Assembly (NCBI GenBank): GCA_020184695.1
Contig: JAANOX010000061.1
Location: 310,001-374,000 of the forward strand
Origin: Histomonas meleagridis 2922-C6/04-290x
Lineage: Eukaryota; Protista; Parabasalia
Direction: 5' to 3'
DNA: 64,000 bases
The notes under the pieces were generated by a model that was not told the DNA's origin, did not search any database, and worked only from the letters and a program-made list of their open reading frames with translations. A program made the translations under genes and the position numbers. Positions 36,103 through 47,800 of the stretch are shown piece after piece. How positions within the stretch are numbered: the stretch's first letter is position 1; each line of letters opens with the position of its first letter.

Positions 36103-38481
36103 ATGCTTGGCGAGAAGATTGTCGATTTAAGCCAATTTCAAAAAGAAGAAGAAATAGAAAACACACCATTCATTCACGTTTACAAAGGAATCGATACAAA
36201 GACAAATGAACCAGTTGCGTTAAATGAATATTCAGCCGATAAATTTAACTCACAAATACAAATGAAATTTTTAAATAGAATTCAAACTCTTTCTAAGATA
36301 GCTTATCCAACTGTTGAACAACTTGTAGGATTCACTTTACCGACAGCATCAAAATCCGAACCACCAACAATTGTTACGAAATTTATGAACAACGGTACCC
36401 TTAAATCCGTTGCAACCGGACAATATTTCAGATTTACACCATCACAACAAATGAAATTAATGTATGGAATTGCATCAGGACTTAAATATTTACATAACCA
36501 GGGTATTGTTCATGGTAGCCTTGACATATCAAAGATTTCTATTAATGATAAATTTGAACCATTAATTATTGGTGTATCTTCATATGAGAATGACAACGAT
36601 CAATTTGACATATACAAAGCACCTGAAATGTACACTCCTGGCAATACCATTACAGAGAAAGCTGATATTTATTCATTTGCGTTCATATGTTATTTCATTC
36701 TTTTTGGTGATTCATCACTTCAAAACTCATTTAATTCGATCCAAAGTGTTCTCCAAGGCCAACGACCACCAGTTCCATCCAATCTTCCATATCATTATCA
36801 ACAATTTTTCCAGTCATGTTGGTCCACAGATCCTTCCCAACGTCCCAGCATTGACACGGTACTTGAGAAATTATCTCAACCCGAATTTGACATCTCATCT
36901 GGTGATGTTACATATGTTCAATTTCTCGAAAAACTTCGTCTTGTACCAGTTGGTGCACCACAAGATGCGAATACGTATCTTTTATTAGGAAAACAATACT
37001 ATACAGGCACTGGCGGTACTAAAAACGAACATAAAGCAGCCAAATACTTCAAAAAAGCAGCGGACTTAGGTAATTCATGTGGCCAATTTCGATATGGCTT
37101 TTGTTTATTATATGGCAAAGGTGTTAATACTGATTTCCGCGAAGCAGCACGATTCTTTAAGTTATCAGCGGACCAAAACTATTCATATGGACAATTATAC
37201 TATGGCTTATGTCTTAAATCAGGCGATGGCGTTGAACGTAATCCACAATTAGCCATGAATTACTTTAGTATGGCTGCCAACAATCATAACTTAGAAGCCA
37301 TTATCGAAATAGGCAAATGTTACATGAAAGGAATTGGAGTAGAGAAAGATCAATCGAAAGGTGCTCAATGTTATTACCAAGCAGCGCAAGAAGGAAGTGT
37401 TAAAGCTATCCGTAAGTTTGGCTTATGTTGGATCAAAGGCATTGGCGTTGAAGCTAATCAAGAAAGTGGACAAGAGTTTGTTTGTAAGGCGGCGTTATAT
37501 GGCGATGTTAAAGCGCAAATATTCATTGCAGATAACTTATTGAAGCATAAGATGTACAATGATGCGTATAAGTTCTATTTATTAGGAGCGCAACAAAACA
37601 ATGCACATTGTGAATATAAATATGCGCAAGGCATTATGAAGAAACGTATTAAAGATGACGTATCAGTTGCACGTGAATATTATCGATTAGCATCTGAACA
37701 AAAACATACAAAAGCTATGATGAAGTTTGCTGGTTCATATTTACCAGAAGACTCCGAAAAGCGTAAAGAGATTATACAAGCAGCAGCAGAGAATGGTAAT
37801 ACAAAAGCCCAATTATTAATGGCACAGAACTTACAATCATCAAACAAAGCACAATCAATAGCATACTTAGAAAAGGCGGCAGAGAATGGAGATCCAAACG
37901 CGCAGTTACAATATGGTATTAAGTTGTTGAATGGCGATGGAGTACAAACAGATAAAATAATCGGATTCGAATACATTCGAATGAGTGCACAAGCAGGTAA
38001 TGTGAATGCAACTGCACAATTAGGATTATGTTTCATGAATGGAAATGGATGTAAGAAGAACCCAAAGGCTGGAGCGAAGTTATTAGGAAAAGCTGCTGAA
38101 GCGGGTAATGTCGTAGGTATCATTGGATATGCACATTGTCTCGATCAAGGAATTGGAGTGAAGAAGAACGTGAATTTGGCATTGAACTATTGGAGTAAAT
38201 TAGTGGACTTGGGGCACCCCGAGGGATACTATATGTACGGAATGTACTTGAAAAATGGTACCGGAATAGCAAAGAATAAGGAAAACGCAAGAACAAATTT
38301 GATAAAGGCAGCCGAAATGGGGCACCCCGCGGCATGCTTGGAATATGGAAAGTACCTGGAAAGAGGCGATGGAGTGAAGGTCGACATGGAGAAGGCTAAG
38401 CAAATGTACCAGTTCGCAATAGACCATAACGTGGCACAGGCAAAGGAATGCATGGCGAAGCTGATGAAGAAGATGAAGTGA
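36103..38481 (+). CDS. TKL-like (pseudo)kinase fused to Sel1-like repeats
   Basis: YKAPE and KADIYSFA kinase motifs with HRD replaced by HGS; more than 10 Sel1 repeats (AAKYFKKAADLGNSCGQFRYG). Confidence 0.9.
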   Translation: MLGEKIVDLSQFQKEEEIENTPFIHVYKGIDTKTNEPVALNEYSADKFNSQIQMKFLNRIQTLSKIAYPTVEQLVGFTLPTASKSEPPTIVTKFMNNGTLKSVATGQYFRFTPSQQMKLMYGIASGLKYLHNQGIVHGSLDISKISINDKFEPLIIGVSSYENDNDQFDIYKAPEMYTPGNTITEKADIYSFAFICYFILFGDSSLQNSFNSIQSVLQGQRPPVPSNLPYHYQQFFQSCWSTDPSQRPSIDTVLEKLSQPEFDISSGDVTYVQFLEKLRLVPVGAPQDANTYLLLGKQYYTGTGGTKNEHKAAKYFKKAADLGNSCGQFRYGFCLLYGKGVNTDFREAARFFKLSADQNYSYGQLYYGLCLKSGDGVERNPQLAMNYFSMAANNHNLEAIIEIGKCYMKGIGVEKDQSKGAQCYYQAAQEGSVKAIRKFGLCWIKGIGVEANQESGQEFVCKAALYGDVKAQIFIADNLLKHKMYNDAYKFYLLGAQQNNAHCEYKYAQGIMKKRIKDDVSVAREYYRLASEQKHTKAMMKFAGSYLPEDSEKRKEIIQAAAENGNTKAQLLMAQNLQSSNKAQSIAYLEKAAENGDPNAQLQYGIKLLNGDGVQTDKIIGFEYIRMSAQAGNVNATAQLGLCFMNGNGCKKNPKAGAKLLGKAAEAGNVVGIIGYAHCLDQGIGVKKNVNLALNYWSKLVDLGHPEGYYMYGMYLKNGTGIAKNKENARTNLIKAAEMGHPAACLEYGKYLERGDGVKVDMEKAKQMYQFAIDHNVAQAKECMAKLMKKMK

Positions 38482-38531
38482 ATAAAGTGAAATTAATTCA
38501 TTTGTATCAAATCAAAATGTGTTAATGAAAC

Positions 38532-38878
38532 GAATGTGTAATCAATGAAATAGCAATGTATCGAATGAATGTGTAATCAATGAAATGGCAATGTATCGAA
38601 TGAATGTGTAATCAATGAAATGGCAATGTATCGAATGAATGTGTAATCAATGAAATAGCAATGTATCGAATGAATGTGTAATCAATGAAATGGCAATGTA
38701 TCGAATGAATGTGTAATCAATGAAATGGCAATGTATCGAATGAATGTGTAATCAATGAAATGGCAATGTATCGAATGAATGTGTAATCAATGAAATAGCA
38801 ATGTATCGAATGAATGTGTAATCAATGAAATGGCAATGTATCGAATGAATGTGTAATCAATGAAATAGCAATGTATCA
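38532..38878. repeat. 35-bp minisatellite, ~10 copies
   Basis: Unit GAATGTGTAATCAATGAAATRGCAATGTATCGAAT; copies differ essentially only at R. Confidence 0.95.
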
Positions 38879-39487
38879 AAATGAATGAATAATTGATGTG
38901 CGATATATTGCATAGTTTCATTTGGAATAAGCCAAAATGTGTTAATGAAATGAATAAAGGAATTAATGAAAGTGCATTAATGCATCAAATGAATAAAATG
39001 AATGAGTAAAGTTATTGTATATTCAAATGAGTAATCATTAATTTATTATTTAATTTGTAATATGAAATGTTAGCAAAAAATATAACATATTAAGAATGGT
39101 ACAGAATTATATTGAAATAAATAAAATGATTGATTAATTTTTATTTATGATCATCTTTTTCGTTGAATCAGCCACATAATTTAAAGAGGTAAATTTCGAA
39201 ATTCATATAAAAGAGATAAAGTTGTTTAAAAACGGATTTCAAAAATTTAAATTTTACAAATCAAAAAGTGAATTTCATATATCCACCAAATAATTATAAA
39301 ATTTCTAAAAAAAGTATTTTTTATTACTCAACATATTATATTTAACGATTTTTTTTTTATTTTTTTTATTTTATGAGATATATTATTTTTTTTTCATTAC
39401 GTAGCGAACAAGTTAATAATGTCATTTTTATCATCAGAAGGGAAAATTACAAATATTATTTTGAAACATAAATTTCATGAAACAAAC

Positions 39488-41079
39488 AGTTTTATTTCTG
39501 AACTCATCGATTTCTTTTTCAAGTAATAATTTTGCGATTTCATCATGGTTTTTTACAGCAGCAGCAAAAATTGGAGATTGAAACCATTTAAACAAATTTT
39601 AAATATTATTTTTACACACCACATCAACAAAACAAACATCTTTACAATTAAAATCAATATCTCCTTGTTCAAGAAGTAATTTCACGATATCTAAATAACC
39701 ATAATTCGATGCCAAAAAAATTGCAGTTTGAAACAACTTGAATAATTTCCAAATATTATTTTGAATTTTTAAATTCTTAAAATGAATTTTAAATAATTTT
39801 TATGTATATTTGCAACATTTATATCAATTCCTCCAAGTCCAAGAACATATTTAACAAGTTCAATGTTTCCTGCTTGTGTTGAATACGAAAAAATATCTTT
39901 TGGAGGTTGGTGATTATTAAGATAATGTTGAACAAGATATAAATTCCCAAAATATGCTGCTTCATTAATAATTTGATCATCAATTTTTATTCCTTCTTCT
40001 TCCAAAAACAAAAGAATTTCAATGTTTCCGCACATGTTACAAAGATTTGTATATTTCGATGCTATCTTAGTTATAGTATTTGTTGTTTCATTATTTTGAT
40101 TTTCATTGTTTGGTTGTTGATTACGTTGATTTCTATATTGTTGAAATGAAGTAATGTTTTGTTTTTCACTTTCAGCTAAATTTTCTAATTCATTTTCATA
40201 TATATAACGAAAGATATCATTTCGATGATATTTAATCGCTGCTTCATAAGCACCATTAAATGATGAACCATTTTGTTCACATAGATGTACAATTTCAGTA
40301 TTTCCTCCTGCAACTGCATATTTGCCTGCGTTTTGGAAATTAGAACCATTTACAAGTAAATACTTAAAACATTTAACTGCAGAGAAAAATGCTGCATAAT
40401 CAATTAATGTAACATTTCTTTGATTAATAAATGAACATCTTTCATAAAGTGATGGTTCAATTGTTTGATTAAAATCGAAATTTTGTTGTGATGAAATTTC
40501 TTGAAGTTTTTCGATTTCATCATTTCGAAGTAATTTCGCAATTTCATTTGGGTTATGTCCTTCTTTAATATATTTCTTATGAAGTTCCCAATCATTCTTT
40601 TGAATTTCTTCCTTAATTGTCGAATAAAAACTATCATCAACATATTCTTTCATATAATGTGCGAAATAATTCGTTTGAAAGTTTGTGATAATTTCTTTAT
40701 CAACTAAATTCTGTTCAATCATTTGTTCAACAATATAATACGTTTCCTGTGATTTTATTTTGTATATATAGTCGATAAAAATTTCAATGATTTTGGGATT
40801 GATTTCATTAATTTCTTCTTCTTTTTGTTGTAATACTTGTAAATACTTTAAATATACATCAGTTTCGCCCTGTAAATAATATGCAGAATAAATTAAAATA
40901 CTGGTATATAAATTAAATGAATAAGGAAAATTTGAGTCAAATAATTTTATTGTTTGTTGGATAGACTCCTCAAAATTATCTTCATTTAATTTAAATACAA
41001 TTTGATGAAGTATTCTTAATAATTGAATTTTGTCATCACAGCTATTAGGAAACATTAAATTTTCACCAGGACCATCCAT
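39488..41079 (-). CDS. DUF3447-type ankyrin gene 3: head ORF 41079-39769 plus at least two spacer-separated modules
   Basis: 80-nt spacer 39807-39728 with TGGAA at -24; module TAIFLASNYGYLDIVKLLLEQGDIDFNCKD (39727-39638); 60-nt spacer; module SPIFAAAVKNHDEIAKLLLEKE (39577-39488). 3' end uncertain. Confidence 0.72.
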
Positions 41080-41232
41080 TGGAGAGTTTAAATCTGGTGT
41101 ATCTGTTTCTTTTTTTTGGCTTTGCTGAAATCAGTGCCACTTGATCGTCTGACGATAAGAAAGCAAACAATTTTGAAATGTTTATTTAAAAGTGAATGAA
41201 AACCGGTTTTGACATGGTCACGTCTAAAACAA

Positions 41233-41571
41233 ATGGGAAGAAAAAATATTACAAAAGCTCGTGAATCAATTATCAGCAGCCTTAGTCTTGTTACAAAGTC
41301 AGGTAAATATTGCCTTGGTATTGAACAGACTTTAAGGACTCTTCGTTCAGGAAATGCAAAACTCGTTATTTTCGCTTCAAACATTTCTCCATCACAGAAA
41401 TCACTTATCGAATATTATGCAATGCTAAGTCAATGTGATATTCTTCCATTTGATGGTGATAACGTTGATCTTGGAACAGCATGTGGAAAATACTTCCGCT
41501 CATCAGTTATCACAATTGTTGATGCTGGTGAATCCGAAATCCTCAAAATGATCAAAGAAAAACAAGAATAA
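41233..41571 (+). CDS. RPL30: 60S ribosomal protein eL30
   Basis: LSLVTKSGKYCLG, KSLIEYYAMLS, FDGDNVDLGTACGKYFR; start MGRK at 41233. Confidence 0.96.
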   Translation: MGRKNITKARESIISSLSLVTKSGKYCLGIEQTLRTLRSGNAKLVIFASNISPSQKSLIEYYAMLSQCDILPFDGDNVDLGTACGKYFRSSVITIVDAGESEILKMIKEKQE

Positions 41572-41834
41572 ATAATACCGTTTTTTTATCATAAGTTTTT
41601 CCAATTACCAATTTATATTTCGTCAATTAAAAATTCAAAATTCTTTAAAAAAATGTTCATTTATTTGATCATATATTTTATAAATAAATTTTCAATTATC
41701 ATATTTCAATTTTTTTTTAACTCTTAACTCATACTTACCAGAAAGTTCATTAAATTATTTTAGAATGTTAACTTTGATGTTATTTGATCTATTTTTAGTT
41801 ATAAATTTGGAATGTTCGTTCTTAACGTACATTA

Positions 41835-42545
41835 ATGATACATCCTGGAATCAAATATTTGCATCCAGACAAAAAAGGAATAGCAATATTCACACAAAAA
41901 GATTATAATACAGCAAACTTTAACCTAAAGAATTTAATAAATCAAGTCGGTCTTGCATCTTCAAAAGCACAAGCATTGAATCAGATAATAACTACTTTTT
42001 CTTCATTTGAAGGATCAAATCAAACAATTTACTTTCTCATAAGCGAAGACCTAAAAACTGTTTATGGATTTGTGAAGGTTGGAATTCGAAATTTATTTTT
42101 ATGGGATCCAAATGGATGTCAACATCAGATGAAAATCCTTTGCCTTCTGGATTTCTTCACATATCCTTCATGTCAAAGAAAAGGGTATGGAAAAAAATTG
42201 ATAGATGCAATGCTTGAACATCAAAATTTGGAAATGAAACAAATCCCTATTGACCGCCCGTCAAAGCTGTGTTTAAACTTCATGAGAAAGCACTTTGGAT
42301 TGACAAACTTTGTTCCACAATTCAACAATTTTGTTGTTTTTGATCAATTTTGGGAAAGCACCAAAAAAGAAACATTACCGCCAATTGGAATTCCAAAACA
42401 AAAGGTAACTTTTCTTGGAAGTGCAAGAAAAGAGAATGCTTCTCCGAGAGTGAATGTCATTGCCAACCAAATATTGAAAAACACATTTGGTAATCCATTG
42501 CGTCGCCCCCATTTTAATCCAATTACATGGTCGATCCACCAATGA
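41835..42545 (+). CDS. ATAT1: Alpha-tubulin N-acetyltransferase (MEC-17 family)
   Basis: GFVKVGIRNLF, CLLDFF..QRKGYGKKL, IDRPSKLCLNFMRKHFGL..PQFNNFVVF. Confidence 0.92.
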   Translation: MIHPGIKYLHPDKKGIAIFTQKDYNTANFNLKNLINQVGLASSKAQALNQIITTFSSFEGSNQTIYFLISEDLKTVYGFVKVGIRNLFLWDPNGCQHQMKILCLLDFFTYPSCQRKGYGKKLIDAMLEHQNLEMKQIPIDRPSKLCLNFMRKHFGLTNFVPQFNNFVVFDQFWESTKKETLPPIGIPKQKVTFLGSARKENASPRVNVIANQILKNTFGNPLRRPHFNPITWSIHQ

Positions 42546-42958
42546 AATGGATATGAGGATTTATGCCAAACGAAATTATAATTGTAAAAGTTCCAGTTTT
42601 TATATTTAAAATGATCGTTTTGTTTAATTTCTAAATGAAAATATCTTCTCGAATGATCAGCTTATTTCCCAAATTACTTGTGAAAGAGCACTAACTTTGA
42701 ATATTGCTTTTAGTTTCACAATATCATTTCCTAAAATTAGTTAATGTTTTATGCAAACTTTAATTATTTTGTGAAATACAATGAATTATACTTTGAAATT
42801 TAAAAATTTTTTAATGAAAAGAATAACGTTAACACCAAAATTTGATATCAAGTCATATGCAGTTTATTGATAAAATTAGCAGAAATATTTTAACGGCTGC
42901 CTTGTAGGGGAAGAATTGTCCCGAAATTTCAATGAAAAGTGAGATGCGCCATGTCACA

Positions 42959-42963
42959 TCACT
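42959..42963 (+). promoter_or_regulatory. Parabasalid initiator (Inr) TCACT upstream of actin
   Basis: TCACT 9 nt before the ATG at 42972 matches the Trichomonas Inr consensus TCA(Y)(T/A). Confidence 0.6.
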
Positions 42964-42971
42964 TTCATCTA

Positions 42972-44105
42972 ATGGCTGAAGACGAAGTTCAAACATTAGT
43001 TATCGATAATGGTTCCGGTATGTGCAAGGCTGGTTTTGCTGGTGATGAAGCACCACGCTCAGTTTTCCCATCCATTGTTGGTCGTCCAAAGTATGTCCAA
43101 ACAATCGCAGGTGGTCAAAACAAGGATACATATGTTGGTGATGAAGCATGTGCTAAGGCAGGTATCCTTATCCTTAAGTACCCAATTGAACACGGTATCG
43201 TTACCAACTGGGACGATATGGAAAAGATCTGGCACCACACATTCTACAACGAATTACGTGTTGATCCAGCTGAACACCCAGTTCTTCTTACAGAAGCCCC
43301 AATGAACCCAAAGGCCAACCGTGAAAAGATGATCCAACTCCCACTTCGAAACATCCCACGTTCCAGCACTCTATGTTGATATCCAAGCCGTTCTTTCCCT
43401 TTACTCATCAGGTCGTACAACCGGTATCGTTTTCGATGCAGGTGATGGTGTTTCCCACACAGTTCCAATCTACGAAGGTTACTCCCTTCCACACGCCATC
43501 ATGCGTATCAACCTCGCCGGTCGTGATCTTACAGCCTACCTCCAAAAGATCCTCAACGAACGTGGTTACACCTTCACAACATCCGCCGAAAAGGAAATTG
43601 TTCGTGATATCAAGGAGAAGCACGCATATGTTGCACTTGATTTCGACGAAGAAATGAACAAGGCCGCCACAACATCCGAATAGCGACCTCTCATCCACAC
43701 TTCCATATGGCAACGTCATCACCATCGCCATCGTGTTCTTCTGTTTTCTATCTTTTCTTTTTATGCCACACTTCAACGGCTTCGAATTCGAAGGTATTGA
43801 CCAAACCCTCTTCAACTCCATCATGGCATGCGATATCGATGTCCGTAAGGATCTCTACGCTAACATTGTTCTCTCTGGTGGTACCACAATGTTCGAAGGT
43901 CCCCCCAGAACGTATGGAGAAGGAAATGGTCCGCCTCGCACCACCAACTATGAAGATCAAAGTCGTCGCCCCACCAGAACGTAAGTACGCAGTTTGGATC
44001 GGTGGCTCCATCCTCGCATCACTCGCTACATTCCCACAAATGGTTATCACACGTGACGAATACAACGAAGCTGGTCCAGGAATTGTCCACCGCAAGTGCT
44101 TCTAA
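42972..44105 (+). pseudogene. ACT: Actin with several frameshifts/stops (pseudogene or mis-polished multicopy gene)
   Basis: [22 protein letters not shown] ... [18 protein letters not shown] ... VHRKCF; lesions cluster at ~43340-43380, 43620-43760 and ~43900. Confidence 0.9.
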
Positions 44106-44467
44106 ACAATTAGCAATTGTTATTTTTGATTTTTTTATCTCAAACTTAACGATAAGTTTTTAATATGAAATATCGAATTTACACGAAACTTTTGGAGTTT
44201 GCACACGTTTGTTGCAATATGGAAATACTGTCACAAATTAAATTGAATGCAGATGCAATCTATAGCGCATCATATGATTTGTGAATACATTTAAAATTTA
44301 CAGCAGTAACTGAACTTGAACATAAAGTTTCCAATGAAGAAAGGGCTGTTATATCTTTCGTTGTATTCGTGTTGGTCTTATTTTGAATCATTTGCGTGTT
44401 TTCGCTTTGATCACTTATTGTCGTTTCTTGACAACTTTTGAACTTTATTGATCGTTATGTTGTTTTG

Positions 44468-44708
44468 TCAAGTTCTTGTATTTTTTTGATATTCTTCAAG
44501 CAAATTCATAATTTGTATGTGACTGCTATTGTGAGCGCAATCTAATGGCACAATTAAAATAGGTTTTTTAATAATTTTTAGAAAATTCCATTTTAAATAT
44601 TATTAAAAAATCCGATATCAATAATGCATCAACAACAATTCCTTTTTGTTCTAAAAGTAATGTTATAACCTCAATATGATAACACATATGTGCAAAAAGA
44701 ATTACTTC
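44468..44708 (-). pseudogene. Orphan ankyrin module + 67-nt spacer + terminal repeat
   Basis: EVILFAHMCYHIEVITLLLEQKGIVVDALL (44708-44619), spacer 44618-44552, then VPLDCAHNSSHIQIMNLLEEYQ to a stop at 44468; no head domain. Confidence 0.6.
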
Positions 44709-44747
44709 TAGAAGAAAAAATAAAAGTGAAAATTTATTAAAAAAAAC

Positions 44748-44764
44748 TCACCTTCGACGGGATT
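44748..44764. repeat. Target-site duplication of the retrotransposon (copy of the tRNA-Lys 3' end)
   Basis: TCACCTTCGACGGGATT is identical to 51456-51472; extends to ~25 bp with one mismatch if the adjacent A-run is included. Confidence 0.92.
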
Positions 44765-44889
44765 TGTTTATTCATTACCGTATGTTATTAGTGATATTAT
44801 CTTTAATTATAGACGCGTCCGCCTTGTTCTACTTCATTTTGACTCTTGTTTTATTCATAAACCAAATCTCATCGGTTTTTTTAAGAACT

Positions 44890-47800
44890 TTATTGATCGT
44901 CATGTTGGGGATGCCCTAACCCATCCTCAACATTTTCGTCAACAAGTTCTTCTTGATTTACACCAACATCTTCTTGTAAATCATCGATTGAATCTTCTTC
45001 ATTTGATGATGTTGGCTGAATGTTGATAGTAGTATCATTATTATTTTGTAGTACGTTATACTCTTTAAAACTCTTATATAATAACAACATAGATTCTCTT
45101 AAAGCAGCTACTGAACATCTTTTTGCTACTAATCTCGCTGTTCTTTCATTATTATATAATAATTTTAATTCATGAATTGTTTCTTCAGGAATTGCACCTA
45201 ACGAGGATACTACTATAACATAAAATTCTTCTCAACTCTGAAGTTGATTTTCTTTCATTACTATTTGGGTCGTCAGTTAATTGACCATATGGTGACGTTA
45301 CTTCAATAATTTTAAAATTTTGATAATTATTAGAAAACCACCATACATCCGGTTTAAGATTTCTGGAGTTTCCTTCTAATCTTATATTTCTTTTACTGAT
45401 TGGCCTATCATAATTAAATATAATATTATTATTTGGTTTAATTTTTTTTAATACTTCTTTAATGATTACATTATGTCGAATAGTATATTTATTTCTTAAA
45501 TTATTGCAACCATTTAATCTGTGCATGAGGGAATCATTGTAATTGTTATTACATTTATGACAAATTCCATCGCCGATTCCATTTTTATACAAAATTTCGC
45601 CTGTAGGCAAATTATTTGTTCTTGAAACTACGGCGAAATGTATAATAGAGTCAGCAGTTGGAGCTTTGTAATTTCCAATGAAGAAATTGGATAACGGAGA
45701 ATTTTGTAACGTGTTAAATGTGTGACCTTTGATAGGTTTTGCTCTTAATCTTTCTTCATGTCTGTTTTTAATAATATTATTTAATTCTTTTAATATATTT
45801 GTTTCATCAACTATTATTTTATTAATATCATTTGAATTGTTGTTTCATATTGTAGCAGTTTCTTCATTAAAGTTCATCTTCATACCAATTTTTAATTTGG
45901 CTAAAGATTTAATTGTTCTTGAGAATAAACAATTTGTTCTGTTTTGACTAATTTGTGTAATTATATTATTCTCATCAACTGGAATATTCCCTAATTATTT
46001 AAATAGGGTGAATTGTAATCTTTTTCGATCTTTCTATAAGCTATTTCATTAATAAAAGATTGTCTGAATAATTTCCTAGAATTTGGATCAAAAGATTTTA
46101 TAATATTTAGGAAGTTCTTAATTTGTAAAGTTTTAGCTCTTTCCCATAATTTTGGTAATCCTAAACCTCCATCATTCCATTTAGTATAAAATAATTCTTT
46201 AGGTAAACTATTAGTTTTACAATCCTTCATAATTAATTTCTTAATCATTGTATCAATATTATTTAATTCTTTCTCTGAACAATAATAATTTAATAATTCG
46301 AAATCTATTTCAGGAATAATCATTCTTTTAATCGCATTCATCTTTTGATTAAATTTTAATGGGAATTTCATAATTTTAATGATTTCATTTTTGATTTTAT
46401 TTAATCTAATATTAGCATGATCAAAACTACCTTTTCTTTTAATTACTGCAGATGAACCTAAATATTCTAAAGCTTCTAATAATGGTAAATTAGGAATATT
46501 TTCATTCTGAATTTGTAAGTTATAATTTAATGTAACTCTTCGATTATTTTCTTTAATATAACTTAAAGTATTACATTTTTGTGGAGCCATTGACATATCA
46601 TTCTTCTTACAGAACTTTTCTACTGTATTTAACATGTTTTGCATACCTTCAGGGGTTTGAGAAATCAAGACTATATCATCAGCATAAGCTTGAATATTAA
46701 AATATATTACCTCATTATCATTTGTATTAATTGTAACACCATCCAGTTTATGCTTAATCTGGATTTTCTTTAATAAAGGTTCTAAGCATAAATTAAATAA
46801 TAAAGGTGATAAAGGACATCCTTGTCTTACACCTCTATTTATTTTAATTTGTTCAGTTCTTTTATTTCCAACTTTGATAGTAGTATAAGAATTATCATAT
46901 AAGTCTTTAATTGCTTCTATAAATTTCGTTGGGAATCCTCTTTTCTTTAAACTCCATAAAATAGCTTTATGAGGAACAGACCCAAAAGCATTAGTAAAAT
47001 CTAGTGTAGTAATAATGATTGAAGAATTATTTCTTTTAGCTTCAGAAATTAATTCATTTATAGTTGCTATATGTTCTGAAATACCATTAATACCAGCTTT
47101 AAATCCTTTTTGTACATGATTAATGAAGTTACAATTTTGATTTATAATTTGGATAATCTTTTAAATCTGACACATTACAATTCTATACAATGTATTTGAT
47201 ATTGATATAGGTCTCCAAGATTTAATTTCTTTTGGATCACCTTTGTTATATAATAATATTGTTTTCGAATTTTTTGAAGTTTGTGGAAATTTTCCGAATT
47301 TAATTATTTGTTTTATTAATCATTTTAATAATTTTAGTAGTTGATTTAATATCTATTTTCCAATTCCATCTGGGCCATTAGCAGCCATATTTGATCTTGA
47401 TCTTATTGAATTTCTAATTAAATCCTTATCTAATAGATTATTTAATAAAGAATCTTTATTTTCTTCGTCAATCATAGTTTTTAAGTCCCATAAACTATTT
47501 TGTTTTGGTTCTTCAAAATTCGCAATTTTATCAAATTGTATTTTATAATAATTTCCAACTTCTTCTATATTAAAATCACATTCTGGTATAGGATCATTTA
47601 ATATATACCATCTAATAGCTCTAACTGGATCTTCTCGATACATGTTTTGAGTTATATTTTTATATTTTCTTGATATAATATTCATATTATCTTGTTGAAT
47701 ATTTTCTAATGTAGCTGAAATATAATTTGATATATTTTCTCTATGTTATGGATTATCATTTATAATGTTTCGAATATGTTCAATGTTATTTCCCTAAATT

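Noticed and set aside
7401-38453. Antisense and alternate-frame ORFs overlapping TAF7, Sec61a, eIF3m, the kinases and Sel1 repeats
   Set aside because: They are shadows of codon-biased real genes and show no recognisable motifs.
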